From contig JACSRM010000436.1 in assembly GCA_014879745.1 (NCBI GenBank), positions 11,577 to 75,576 of the forward strand: a stretch of DNA of 64,000 nt, written 5' to 3'. The stretch is from Burkholderiaceae bacterium. Lineage in GTDB: Bacteria > Pseudomonadota > Gammaproteobacteria > Burkholderiales > Burkholderiaceae_C. A program made the position numbers and the translations under genes. A model generated the notes under the pieces. It made no database searches. It was not told where the DNA came from and saw only the letters and a list, made by a program, of their open reading frames with translations. Below are positions 34,441 to 44,073 of the stretch, piece by piece. Each line of letters opens with the position of its first letter. Position 1 is the stretch's first letter.

Positions 34441-35211
34441 ATGCCTCGCGTCGAATACACGAAGCGCGGCCACCTCGTGGCGATCACGCTCGACCGCCCC
34501 GAGCGGCTGAACGCGATCGACGCCGCGATGCAGGACGACCTCGCCGCCGCCTGGCGTCGCTACGACGCCGACGACGACGCGTGGCTCGCCATCATCACCG
34601 GCCGCGGCCGCGCGTTCTGCGCCGGCGCCGATACGAGCTGGTTCAAGGCGATGCAGCGCGGCGACGACAGCCTCGGCCGCTTTCTCGAAGGCATCGACCG
34701 CGACCCGTACTGGTCGGGCGCGATCGACAAGCCCAGTATCGCGGCGATCGACGGCCTGGCCGTCGGCGCCGGCGTCGACCTCGCGCTGCGCGCCGACCTG
34801 CGCGTGGCCGGCGCGGGCGCGAGCTTTCGCCTGCCCGAGGTCGACCTCGGCAGCTTCCAGCTGCTTTGGGAGAACCTGCCCTATGCGCTGGCCGCCGAGA
34901 TGCTGACGGGCGCCGCGATTGACGCGCCGCGCGCGCACCAGGTCGGGCTGGTGAACCGCCTCGCGCCCGCCGGCGATGCGCTCGACGCGGCCACCGCCTG
35001 GGCCGAGGAACTGCTCGCCAAGCCGCCGCTCGTGCTGGCCGGCGCGCTGAAGGCGCTGCGCGGCATCCGCAATGCGAACGCCGTGCCGTCGGCGCGCTGG
35101 CTGCGCGCGCGCTCGACCGAGCTGTCGCGGCAGTGGGCGGGCAGCGACGACGTGCGCGAGGCGGTGACGGCGCGGCTCGAGAAGCGGCGGGCGACGTATC
35201 GGCGCCGCTAG
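34441..35211 (+). CDS. enoyl-CoA hydratase/isomerase (crotonase) family protein
   Basis: 256 aa. ...ITLDRPERLNAID..., ...FCAGAD..., ...AAIDGLAVGAGVDLAL.... Confidence 0.9.
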   Translation: MPRVEYTKRGHLVAITLDRPERLNAIDAAMQDDLAAAWRRYDADDDAWLAIITGRGRAFCAGADTSWFKAMQRGDDSLGRFLEGIDRDPYWSGAIDKPSIAAIDGLAVGAGVDLALRADLRVAGAGASFRLPEVDLGSFQLLWENLPYALAAEMLTGAAIDAPRAHQVGLVNRLAPAGDALDAATAWAEELLAKPPLVLAGALKALRGIRNANAVPSARWLRARSTELSRQWAGSDDVREAVTARLEKRRATYRRR

Positions 35212-35247
35212 CGCTGTGCGCGTCCGGCTCTCGCGCCCGTCGCGCTG

Positions 35248-36165
35248 CTACGCCGGATCGTCATCGCGCTGCATCGCCTCGGCCATCAGCCCGCGCAGCC
35301 AGGCGATGCCCTGGTCGGCGTCGCGCAGGCGGTGCCAGACGGCGGTTTCGATCAGGTGCGGCGTCTCGACCGGCAGTGGGTGCACGCGCAGCGGCAACAG
35401 GCGCTCGTAGTAGCGCGCGAGCCGCGTCTGCATGGTGGCGACGCGCGTCGTCCCGACGATCGTGTGCGCCAGCGCGTTGAAGTCGTTGACGATCAGCTCG
35501 GCGCGGCGCCGCAGCCCGCTGCCGACCATGAACGCTTCGTCGAAAGCGGGCACGCGCTGGTTGCCGAAGCGCACCACGACGTGGCCCGCGGCGAAATATT
35601 CGTCGCGCGTCGGCTGCGCCGCCGACGCCGGGTTGCCGGACCACATGACGCAGCGGTAGTCGTCGTCGAACAGCGGCTGCGACGGATGCGTCGTGTGCAG
35701 GTAGTGCGCCGGCATCAGGAGCATGTCGATGTCCCCGCGGTCGAGCGACTCCCACGGCGCGTCGTTGTACGGCAGCAACTCGAGCACGGCGCCGGGCGCG
35801 AGTTGCTGCAGCCGCGGCAGCAGGCGCGCCATCAGCACCGTCTCGACGTAGTCCGACATCAACAGCCGGAAACGCCGGTCGCTCGTGGCGGGATCGAAGT
35901 CGGGCCGGCGGCGCAGCGCCGTCTCGACGCGCAGCACGATGTCACGCACCGGCTCGGCAAGCGCTTCGCCCAGCGGCGTGGGCACCATGCGCCGCCCCAC
36001 CTGCACCAGCAACTCGTCGTCGAAGTATTCGCGCAGCCGGTTCAGCGCGCCGCTCATCGTCGACTGCGCGACGAACATGCGCTCGGCCGCGCGTGTCGTG
36101 TTGCGCGCGTCGAGCAAGCGGTCGAGCGCGACCAGCAGGTTCATATCGAGGCCGTGGAAATGCAT
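35248..36165 (-). CDS. LysR-family transcriptional regulator, NodD-like (paralogue 1 of 3)
   Basis: MHFHGLDMNLLVALDRLLDARNTTRAAERMFVAQSTMSGALNRLREYFDDELLV.... Closely parallel N-terminus to 60329..61249 and 46114..47028. Confidence 0.9.
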   Translation of the reverse strand: MHFHGLDMNLLVALDRLLDARNTTRAAERMFVAQSTMSGALNRLREYFDDELLVQVGRRMVPTPLGEALAEPVRDIVLRVETALRRRPDFDPATSDRRFRLLMSDYVETVLMARLLPRLQQLAPGAVLELLPYNDAPWESLDRGDIDMLLMPAHYLHTTHPSQPLFDDDYRCVMWSGNPASAAQPTRDEYFAAGHVVVRFGNQRVPAFDEAFMVGSGLRRRAELIVNDFNALAHTIVGTTRVATMQTRLARYYERLLPLRVHPLPVETPHLIETAVWHRLRDADQGIAWLRGLMAEAMQRDDDPA

Positions 36166-36477
36166 GCGCGTGCCCGGTGGCTGCGGAGACCGAGTATGGT
36201 GGCCGGCGGCAAACCGGTCCCTTGCCGCAGATCAATTGTCCGAGTTCGTCGCTGTCGTTCGATTCCTGCGCATCGCCCGGGGGAAGTTCGTTCACTGAAC
36301 CGGAGCGAGTCTACCGATAGACAGCACCGGGCAGGCGCTCGGGGCCGCTCGGATCTACGCTGGCACCACAAGGCCGAAGCGTTGATCGCGATCGCCAAGA
36401 TTCGCACCGCGTATCGCAAGTACGGCGCGGCCCGACCCGTTGCCTCCTGGTTGAGCAGCATCCGGGGCGCTGCGGCG

Positions 36478-38127
36478 TCAATCCTCCGCGCCGATGTACA
36501 GGTGTCGCAGGCGCGTGTCGTCGCGCACGGTGCGCGCCGTACCGCTGAGCGCGATGCGACCGTGCTCCAGCACGTGCACGTCGTCGGCCAGCGCGAGTGC
36601 GCGCTCGACATCCTGCTCGACGATCAGCATCGTCAGCCCAGCGCGCTTCAATGCAGCGAGCGCCGCGTAGAGCCGGTCCAGCACGATGGGGGCCAAGCCG
36701 AGGCTGATCTCGTCGAAGACGACGAGGCGCGGGCGATTCATCAACGCGCGGCCGATTGCGAGCATCTGCTGCTGGCCGCCTGACATCGACGTGCCTGCAT
36801 GGCCGCGGCGCGCTTCTAGATCGGGAAACATTGCGTAGACCGCGTTGAGCCGCTCGGTGCGCTCGGCGGCACCCGCACTGCGCGCGGCCACCAGCAGGTT
36901 TTCCTCGACACTGAGCGAGGCAAAGATGCGCCGCCCCTCCATGCATTGTGCGATGCCCAAGTCGGCGACGATGTGCGGCGCGCTGCCGGTGACGTCGCGA
37001 CCGTCGACCCGCACATTGCCCGCGGTCGGGCGTAGCATGCCCGCGATCACGCTGGCGAGCGTCGTCTTGCCCGCGCCGTTGGTGCCCAGGATCGCGACGA
37101 CGCGCTGGCGCACCACGGCGAGGTCGATGCCCTCGAGGATGCGGGCCTGGCCGTAGCCGGCGTGTACGCCGCGCAGAACGAGCAGAGGCACCATAGTAGC
37201 CTCGACGGGCACCGAGACAGGCGCGACAAGCGCGGCGGCGAGCCGGCAGACCTCGGCCGTCGGGCCGCCTTCACTTTCACTTTCACTTTCACTATCTGCG
37301 CTGCCTGCACCTCTGGGACCTTCTGTACCCTCGGTACCTTCCGCTTCACCCGCACCGCCCGGACTGTTCGCGGCGTCGGCCGCGACGGCCTTCATTGCGC
37401 CATGCGCCGTGCCTAGGTAGACGGTGGCAACCTCGTCGCTCGCCAGCACGTCGACCGTCGCACCTTCGGCGAAAACGCGACCGAAGTGGATGACGACGAG
37501 GCGGTCGCAGCATTCGCGCACGATGCGCAGCACGTGCTCGATGATGACGATGCTCTTCACCTCGCTGCGCAGCGAGCGGATCAGCGCGATCAACTCGCTC
37601 ACCTCGGCGTCGACCAGGCCGGCGCCGACCTCGTCGAGCAGCAGCAGCTGGGGATCGAGCGCGAGCGCACGCGCCACCTCCAGCCGCTTGCGGCGCAGCA
37701 GCGGCAGCGCGCGCGCCGACAGCCCCGCGGCGTCGGCAAGGCCGCAGCGCTCGAGCACGCGCGCGCAGGCCGCCTCGGCGTCGGCGCGCCGCGCCAGCGG
37801 CTGCAGCGAATAGCGCGCCGCGAGCAGGTTTTCGCGCACCGTCATGTCGAGGAAGGGGCGCGGGATCTGGTAGGTGCGGCCGATGCCGCGGCGCGCGCGC
37901 TCGGGCGCGGGCAGCCGGCCGATGTCGGCACCGTCGTAGCGGATCGTGCCCTCGTCGGCGGTAAGCGCGCCGCCAAGCAGTCCGACGAGCGTCGATTTGC
38001 CGGCGCCATTGGGCCCGATGACGCCGAGCACTTCGCCGCGCGCGACAGCGAGCGACACGCGATCGGTGGCAATCACGCCGCCGTAGCGCTTGACGAGGCC
38101 CTCGGCTTCGAGCAGTCGTTCAGCCAC
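36478..38127 (-). CDS. fused LivG-LivF-type ABC transporter ATP-binding protein (two NBDs in one polypeptide)
   Basis: GTG start at 38127. First Walker A GPNGAGKST, second Walker A GTNGAGKTT. The two domains are joined by a low-complexity linker ...GGAGEAEGTEGTEGPRGAGSADSESESESEGG.... Confidence 0.85.
   Translation of the reverse strand: MAERLLEAEGLVKRYGGVIATDRVSLAVARGEVLGVIGPNGAGKSTLVGLLGGALTADEGTIRYDGADIGRLPAPERARRGIGRTYQIPRPFLDMTVRENLLAARYSLQPLARRADAEAACARVLERCGLADAAGLSARALPLLRRKRLEVARALALDPQLLLLDEVGAGLVDAEVSELIALIRSLRSEVKSIVIIEHVLRIVRECCDRLVVIHFGRVFAEGATVDVLASDEVATVYLGTAHGAMKAVAADAANSPGGAGEAEGTEGTEGPRGAGSADSESESESEGGPTAEVCRLAAALVAPVSVPVEATMVPLLVLRGVHAGYGQARILEGIDLAVVRQRVVAILGTNGAGKTTLASVIAGMLRPTAGNVRVDGRDVTGSAPHIVADLGIAQCMEGRRIFASLSVEENLLVAARSAGAAERTERLNAVYAMFPDLEARRGHAGTSMSGGQQQMLAIGRALMNRPRLVVFDEISLGLAPIVLDRLYAALAALKRAGLTMLIVEQDVERALALADDVHVLEHGRIALSGTARTVRDDTRLRHLYIGAED
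37270..37293. repeat. hexanucleotide microsatellite (TTCACT)x4 inside the LivG-LivF linker
   Basis: Read directly. Encodes (Ser-Glu)x4 on the minus strand, in frame. Confidence 0.9.
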
Positions 38128-39106
38128 GTCGGGCTCTCGCCCACACTCGCTGCCCGAGTCCGACCAACCCCTGCGGCGCGTAGCGGATGACGACGATCAG
38201 GATCACCCCCGTGATCGCCAGATGCAGCGCCGGCCAGTCGGCGAGCAGTTCGCCTAGGCCCACGACGAAAATCGCGCCGACCAGCGGCCCGGCGCGCAGG
38301 CCCTGGCCACCGATCACGACGATCGACAGCACCGTGACGGTCCACTGCACGCCGAACGTGCCGTAGGGTTCGATCGCGCCGAGCTTGAGGCCCTGCAGCG
38401 CGCCGGCGACGCCGGTCAGGAAGCTGGCGACGACAAAGGCAGCCAGCTTGACGCGGAACGCGCGCACGCCGATCTGCGCCGCGGCGTCCTCGTCGTCGCG
38501 CACCGCGCGCAGCAGGATCGAGAAGCGCGAGCGCGTCGCCAGTGTCATCACGACCGTCGCCACGGCGACCAGCGCGAGCGCGATGCCGTACAGCGCGCGC
38601 AGCCCCGGCGGGTCCTGCGTGAGGAACAGACCCGTCGCGCCGCCGAAGCCGTTGTAGTTGATCATGAACAGGCGCAGCGCCTCGGCCAGCGCCAGTGTGC
38701 CGACGGTGAAGTAGAGGCCGCGCAGGCGGAACACGGCGCGCGACACGAGCACGGCCATCAGCGCGGCGGCCAGCCCCGCGACGACGAGCGCCAGCACGAG
38801 CGGCGCCTCGGCGCGATTGACCAGCCCGGTCAGTACATAGGCACCGACACCGAAGAACGACGCCGTGCCAAGCGACACCAGACCACCGTAGCCCGCCATC
38901 AGGTTCCAGGCCTCGGCCAGCGTGACGAACAGCAGCAGCCGGAAGCCGATCTCGAGCCCATAGTCGTCGCCGACGACGCCGAAGAGTACGGCGATGCCGG
39001 ACAGCAGCGCCACGACGGCGAACCCGGCGTCGCGCCACCACGGCGCGCCGCGCGGCGCCGCCGAAGCGGAAGAGGACGCCGAAGCTCCTTCCATCACGGC
39101 CGACAT
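38120..39106 (-). CDS. branched-chain-amino-acid-type ABC transporter permease (LivM-like)
   Basis: ATG 39106 overlaps the upstream stop (ATGA). ...AEAWNLMAGYGGLVSLGTASFFGVGAY... is typical of LivM. Its 3' end overlaps the ATPase start by 8 nt. Confidence 0.85.
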   Translation of the reverse strand: MSAVMEGASASSSASAAPRGAPWWRDAGFAVVALLSGIAVLFGVVGDDYGLEIGFRLLLFVTLAEAWNLMAGYGGLVSLGTASFFGVGAYVLTGLVNRAEAPLVLALVVAGLAAALMAVLVSRAVFRLRGLYFTVGTLALAEALRLFMINYNGFGGATGLFLTQDPPGLRALYGIALALVAVATVVMTLATRSRFSILLRAVRDDEDAAAQIGVRAFRVKLAAFVVASFLTGVAGALQGLKLGAIEPYGTFGVQWTVTVLSIVVIGGQGLRAGPLVGAIFVVGLGELLADWPALHLAITGVILIVVIRYAPQGLVGLGQRVWARARRG

Positions 39107-39993
39107 CAGTGCACCTTCGCCGCGACGATCCCCTGTGGCCGCAACGCAAGCACCGCGAGGAACAGCGCCAGCCCGACGAAGTCGCGCCAGCCGTCGCCGA
39201 ACAGCACCGCGCCCAGGCTCTGCAGCACGCCGAGCACGAGGCCCGCGACGAGCGTGCCGAAGATGTTGCCGATGCCGCCGAGCACGACGACGGCGAAGCT
39301 GATCAGCAGCCACGTCGCGCCGGCGCTCGGCGTGAACGCGAACGCCGTGCCGATCAGCACGCCGCCCATCGCGGCGCAGGCGGCGCCGAGCGCGAAGGTC
39401 AGCGCGTGCACGCGCTGGACGTCGACGCCCATCGCGGCGGCCGCCACCGGATCGGCCGAGGCGGCGCGCAGATCGCGGCCGAACGACGTGCGCGACACCA
39501 GCAGGTGCACGGCCAGCACGAGCAGCACCGACACGGCGCAGCCGATGACGTAAATCTCGGCCACCGTCACCGGCCCGAAATGCAGCGGCCGCGCCGCGTA
39601 CGGCGCCTCGATGGCGCGCGTGTCTGCGCGAAACGCCAGCAGGTAGGCGTTCTGCAGGATGATCGAGACGCCGAACATCGTCATCATCGGCGCTTCCATG
39701 CCCTTGCCGGCCAGCGGCGCGATCAGCAGGCGCTGCAGCGGAAGCACGAGCGCGGCCATCGTCAGGCCCACGAGCAGCAGCCCGGCGATCGGGTCGATAC
39801 CGAACTGCTGCAGCGCGAACCAGCCAAGATAGGCGCCGCCCACCAGCAGCTCGCCGTGCGCCAGGTTGACCAGCCGCATCACGCCCAGCGCGATAGACAG
39901 GCCGAGCGCCGTCAGCGCCAGCATGCCGCCCAGCAGCAGGCCCGACGCCAGACTGCTCGCAACAACGGCGGCGTCGGGCAGGGCGAACGGCAT
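39106..39993 (-). CDS. branched-chain-amino-acid-type ABC transporter permease (LivH-like)
   Basis: 295 aa. ...LGVMRLVNLAHGELLVGGAY... is typical of LivH. Confidence 0.85.
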   Translation of the reverse strand: MPFALPDAAVVASSLASGLLLGGMLALTALGLSIALGVMRLVNLAHGELLVGGAYLGWFALQQFGIDPIAGLLLVGLTMAALVLPLQRLLIAPLAGKGMEAPMMTMFGVSIILQNAYLLAFRADTRAIEAPYAARPLHFGPVTVAEIYVIGCAVSVLLVLAVHLLVSRTSFGRDLRAASADPVAAAAMGVDVQRVHALTFALGAACAAMGGVLIGTAFAFTPSAGATWLLISFAVVVLGGIGNIFGTLVAGLVLGVLQSLGAVLFGDGWRDFVGLALFLAVLALRPQGIVAAKVH

Positions 39994-40012
39994 CGCGCTC
40001 GGGTCCGACGCT

Positions 40013-41218
40013 TCAGTTCGCCGCCGGCAGCGGGAACAGCAGCTTGCCGTTCGCGCGATCCTTCGGCCAGACGACGACGGCCTTGCCCGACTGCCACTGC
40101 ATCAGCGTGATCGGGATGCGCGACGTGTGGTCGGCGTCGAACTTGACGGGGCCGACGACGTAGCTCTTGTCCGTCTTCGCGATGGCGGCGTTGATCGTCT
40201 CGCGGTCGGTGCTGCCGGCCGCGGCGATGGCGTCGAGCAGCACCTGCGCTGCGGCGCGCGAGTCGGCGATGTGCTGGCTCTGCGTCTGCTTGGTCTCGCT
40301 TTCGAAACGCTTGCCGAGCTCGGCCGCGCCGGGGTACGGGAAGCTCGGGTCCCAGTAGCCGCCGACGAGCACGCCGTCGGCGAGCCTGCCCAGCGCCTGC
40401 GCGAACTGCTCGGGCTCGGCGCCCTTCTCCATCACGAGCAGCTTGGGGTTGTAGCCGGCCGACGCCATCTGCTTGCGGATCGCGATCGCCTGCGGCGGGA
40501 TCGCGTCGACGAGCGCGATGTCGGCGCTCGCCGCCTTGGCTTGGCCGATCATCGACGTGAACTGCTGCGCGTCGACCGGGAACGACGAGCTGTGCACCAC
40601 CTCGTAGCCGCCCGACTTGGCGGTGGCCGGCCAGAACCGACCGCCGACGACCTGGCCGTCGGGGCCGTTGTCGGCGAGGATGGCGACCTTCTTGTTCGTC
40701 GCGAGGCCGAGGTCGGCCATCATGCGGAACGGCGCCGTCGCGAGGTCGGTCTCGTCGAAGAACAGCACCCAGGCGTAGTTCCACTTGCGCACCGACTTGA
40801 ACGCCATCAGCGGGTCGCAGCCGGCGACGATCGGCACCTTGCGCCGCTCGGCGACGAGCGCGCCGGCGTTGACGAGCGCCGGCGTGCACGAGCCGAGCAT
40901 CGCGACGGCCTTGTCGCGCGAGATCAGCGTCTCGGTGTTGCTCGCTGCGACGTTGGGGTCGGTCTTGTCGTCGCGGATGACGAGCCGGACCTTCATCGGC
41001 TTGCCGTCGATCACGATGCCGCCGGCCTTGTTCCGATCGTCGACCGCCGTCTCATAGCCCCATTTCTGATAGCTCCCGAATCCGGCCAGCGGCCCCGACA
41101 GTGGCAGCGACGCGCCGATGACGATCTCGTCGGCGCCGAAGGCGGCGCCAGCCAGCGACAGCCCTGCCACGACCACTAGCGCTCGTGTGGTTCGGGTAGC
41201 GAGATCGATACTCTTCAT
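40013..41218 (-). CDS. ABC transporter substrate-binding protein, LivK-like family
   Basis: 401 aa. Signal peptide ...VVVAGLSLAGAAFG/ADEIVIGASLPLSGPLAGFG.... Confidence 0.85.
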   Translation of the reverse strand: MKSIDLATRTTRALVVVAGLSLAGAAFGADEIVIGASLPLSGPLAGFGSYQKWGYETAVDDRNKAGGIVIDGKPMKVRLVIRDDKTDPNVAASNTETLISRDKAVAMLGSCTPALVNAGALVAERRKVPIVAGCDPLMAFKSVRKWNYAWVLFFDETDLATAPFRMMADLGLATNKKVAILADNGPDGQVVGGRFWPATAKSGGYEVVHSSSFPVDAQQFTSMIGQAKAASADIALVDAIPPQAIAIRKQMASAGYNPKLLVMEKGAEPEQFAQALGRLADGVLVGGYWDPSFPYPGAAELGKRFESETKQTQSQHIADSRAAAQVLLDAIAAAGSTDRETINAAIAKTDKSYVVGPVKFDADHTSRIPITLMQWQSGKAVVVWPKDRANGKLLFPLPAAN

Positions 41219-41293
41219 TGCGTCGTCTCCAACAGAAGGGTCCGGTCGGACTCGACGTCGACCTTCCGCTGCCGCACTTCTCTTGCGCCCGCT

Positions 41294-42232
41294 TCAGAAA
41301 GCCACGTTGTCGCCGCCCTTGAGCGCGAGCATCTCGCGCGCCTCGGCGGGTGTGGCGACCTCGAGGCCGAGCTCCTCGAGGATGCGGCGGATCTTCTGCA
41401 CCTGGGCCGCGTTGCTCGGCGCGAGTTGACCGCGGCCGAGGTAGACGCTGTCTTCGAGGCCGACGCGCACGTTGGCGCCCATCACGGCGGCGTGCGTCAA
41501 GAGCGGCATCTGATGCCGGCCGGCGGCAAGCACCGACCAGCGGTAGCTGTCGCCGAACAATCGATTGGCCGTGTCGCGCATGAAGGTGACGCACTGCGGG
41601 TCGGGGCCGATGCCGCCGAGGATGCCGAAGATCGTCTGGATGAAGAACGGCGGCTTGACCAGCCCAGCGTCGACGAAGTGCGCCAGGTTGTAGAGGTGGC
41701 CTACGTCGTAGCACTCGAACTCGAAGCGCGTGCCGCAGCCTTCGCCGAGGTTCTTCAGGATGTGGCGGATGTCGCGAAAGGTGTTGCGAAAGATGATGTC
41801 TTCCGTGCCCTCGACATAGGCCTGCTCCCAGTCGTACTTCCAGTTCTTGATCTTCTGGGCTACCGGATGGATCGAGAAGTTCATCGACCCCATGTTGAGC
41901 GACGCCATCTCGGGCTTGAAGTGCAGCGGCGGCGCGAGACGTTCCTCGAGCGTCATCTTCGTCGAGCCGCCCGACGTGATGTTGATCACCGCCTCGGTGG
42001 CCGCCTTGATCGGCGCGAGAAACTGCGCGAACACGTCGGGGTCGGCGCTCGGCCGGCCGTCGGCCGGGTTGCGCGCGTGCAGATGCAGGATCGCCGCACC
42101 CGCGTTCGCCGCATCGATTGCCTGCTCGGCGATCTGCGCTGGCGTGAGTGGCAGGTGCTCGCTCATCGTCGGCGTGTGGATCGCGCCGGTCACGGCGCAG
42201 GTGATGACCACCTTGTCGGCTCGCTTGGCCAT
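41294..42232 (-). CDS. beta-keto acid cleavage enzyme (BKACE/DUF849, 3-keto-5-aminohexanoate cleavage enzyme family)
   Basis: 312 aa. ...VVITCAVTGAIHTPTMS...LPLTPAQIAEQAIDAANAGAAILHLHARNP... is the family hallmark. Confidence 0.85.
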   Translation of the reverse strand: MAKRADKVVITCAVTGAIHTPTMSEHLPLTPAQIAEQAIDAANAGAAILHLHARNPADGRPSADPDVFAQFLAPIKAATEAVINITSGGSTKMTLEERLAPPLHFKPEMASLNMGSMNFSIHPVAQKIKNWKYDWEQAYVEGTEDIIFRNTFRDIRHILKNLGEGCGTRFEFECYDVGHLYNLAHFVDAGLVKPPFFIQTIFGILGGIGPDPQCVTFMRDTANRLFGDSYRWSVLAAGRHQMPLLTHAAVMGANVRVGLEDSVYLGRGQLAPSNAAQVQKIRRILEELGLEVATPAEAREMLALKGGDNVAF

Positions 42233-42248
42233 GGTCTTTCGTCCTTCG

Positions 42249-43154
42249 TCAGGCGGCGTCGGCCGCGTTCATTGCCTTCAAGTGCGCCAGCACACGCGCG
42301 CGTAGCGCGCCCTGCTCGTCGGCAGTCCAGCGGAGAAAGCCCTCGCCGCATTTCATGCCGAGTCGCCCTTGCGCCACGAGTTGTACGAGGTAGGGCGATG
42401 GCCCGCGCGTCGCGTCGATCGCCGGCAGCACGGTGCGGTGGATCGCGAGCGTCAGGTCGGTGCCGACGAGGTCAGCGTTTTCGAGCGGCCCCAGCACCGG
42501 CAGGCGGCGGCCGAAGCTCGCCTTGACAACGGTGTCGACCGTCGCGGCGTCGCACACGCCTTCGGCGACGAGTGCGATCGCCTCGCGCCACAACGCGTGC
42601 TGCAGCCGGTTCCCGATGAAGCCAGGCACATCCTTCTCGACCATCGCTGGCGTCTTGCCGACGCGCGCGAGCAGGTCGAACATGCGCTGTGCGACGGCGG
42701 CCTCGGTGTGCGTCGTCTTGATCACTTCGACCAGCGGCACCAGGTACGGCGGGTTCCACCAGTGGGTGCCGAGCGCGCGCGTGCCGGTCGCGAGTCCGTC
42801 CATGATCTGCGTGATCGGAATCACCGACGTGTTGCTCGCCAGCGTGGTCTGCGCCGACGTCAGCGTCTCGAGGCGTGCGAACAACGCGCGCTTCCACACC
42901 AGATCCTCTGGGCCGGCCTCGAAGACGACATCGGCGTCGCGCACGGCGTCGGCGAGCTCCGCGCAGCCGTGCACGCGCCGGGCAGAAGTGGCGTCGAGCC
43001 CGAGTTCGACGAGGTTGCGGCCGATACGCTCGCGCAGGCTCGCCAGCGCGTCAGCCGACACGTCGTGCACGCGCACTGTATGACCGGCGAGCGCGAAAAC
43101 CTGCGCGATGCCGTGCCCCATCAGGCCTGCGCCGATGACCGCAATGCGCTCCAT
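42249..43154 (-). CDS. 3-hydroxyacyl-CoA dehydrogenase family NAD-binding protein (carnitine-dehydrogenase-like architecture)
   Basis: ATG 43154 (MERIAVIGAGLMGHGIAQ...), 4 nt after the upstream stop. Confidence 0.85.
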   Translation of the reverse strand: MERIAVIGAGLMGHGIAQVFALAGHTVRVHDVSADALASLRERIGRNLVELGLDATSARRVHGCAELADAVRDADVVFEAGPEDLVWKRALFARLETLTSAQTTLASNTSVIPITQIMDGLATGTRALGTHWWNPPYLVPLVEVIKTTHTEAAVAQRMFDLLARVGKTPAMVEKDVPGFIGNRLQHALWREAIALVAEGVCDAATVDTVVKASFGRRLPVLGPLENADLVGTDLTLAIHRTVLPAIDATRGPSPYLVQLVAQGRLGMKCGEGFLRWTADEQGALRARVLAHLKAMNAADAA

Positions 43155-43158
43155 CGCG

Positions 43159-43968
43159 TCAGCCCGCCGTGTAGCCGCCGTCGGCATAGACCGTATGGCC
43201 TGTGTGGAAGTCGCTCGCGCGCGAGCAAAGGAAGAGCAGCGGGCCCGCCAGATCCTCGGGTTCCCCGAGTCGCCCGATCGGCACGCGCGCGAGGAAACCG
43301 GCGCGCACGGCGTTGGCCTTTTCGTTGTCTTCGAACATCCACGCCGTGAGCGGCGAGCGGAATACGGTTGGCGCGATGGCGTTTACCGTGATGCCGTGCC
43401 TGCCCCACTCGCAGCCGAGCGCGCGCGTCAGGCCGTCGGTGGCGGCCTTGCTCGTGCAGTAGGCGGTGTAGCCGGCCGGGTGGCCGAGCTTGCCGCGCGC
43501 CGAGCTCATCAGCACGACCTTGGCCTTCGTACTGCGCGGGATGACGCGCTGGCCGAACGCGCGGCACAGCAGCCAGGCGCTCGTCAAGTTGCCGTCCATT
43601 ACGGTCTCGAAACGCTCGAGCGACTGCTCCGTGATCGGGCACGGATCGTTGAGACCCGAGCCGACGACGAGAATGTCGAGCGCGTCGTAGGCCGCGAGCG
43701 CGGCGTCCATGATGGCGTTGCAGTCGGCCTCGGTCGACGGGCGGCTCGCGATCGTCGTGACCTTGGCGCCGAGCGCGCAGCACGCGTCTGCCGTCTCAGC
43801 CATTGCCTTGTCGTTACCGGCCGCCAGCACGAGACGGGCACCGGCTCCCGCCAGCACCTTGGCGGCCAAGCTGCCGAAGGCGCCTGACGCGCCGGTAACG
43901 ACGGCGACCTTGCCGCGCACGTCGAACAGCGACAGTGGATCGGCAAGCCAGTTCTCGGTGTTGCTCAT
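43159..43968 (-). CDS. short-chain dehydrogenase/reductase (SDR)
   Basis: 269 aa. VAVVTGASGAFG, ...YCTSKAA... Y-x3-K. Confidence 0.85.
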   Translation of the reverse strand: MSNTENWLADPLSLFDVRGKVAVVTGASGAFGSLAAKVLAGAGARLVLAAGNDKAMAETADACCALGAKVTTIASRPSTEADCNAIMDAALAAYDALDILVVGSGLNDPCPITEQSLERFETVMDGNLTSAWLLCRAFGQRVIPRSTKAKVVLMSSARGKLGHPAGYTAYCTSKAATDGLTRALGCEWGRHGITVNAIAPTVFRSPLTAWMFEDNEKANAVRAGFLARVPIGRLGEPEDLAGPLLFLCSRASDFHTGHTVYADGGYTAG

Positions 43969-44073
43969 GGAAATGCTCTCATGCGGTTTGCGGTCAAACC
44001 ATAGGAGCCACTCGGCGTTTCGACAGGCTCAGCGCGAACGTTCTTGTCGTTTGAGCGCACACCGGTATCACGC

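Noticed and set aside
36240-36275. Partial operator-like string GTTCGATTCCTGCGCATCGCC upstream of LysR paralogue 1
   Set aside because: It lacks the central CGCGATG-N5 element (the pattern collapses), so it is not counted as a site.
43141-43160. GCAATGCGCTCCATCGCG at the 3-hydroxyacyl-CoA dehydrogenase start, as a further operator copy
   Set aside because: Only one CATCGCG element is present, with no dyad partner at the correct spacing, and it lies in coding sequence. Probably chance.
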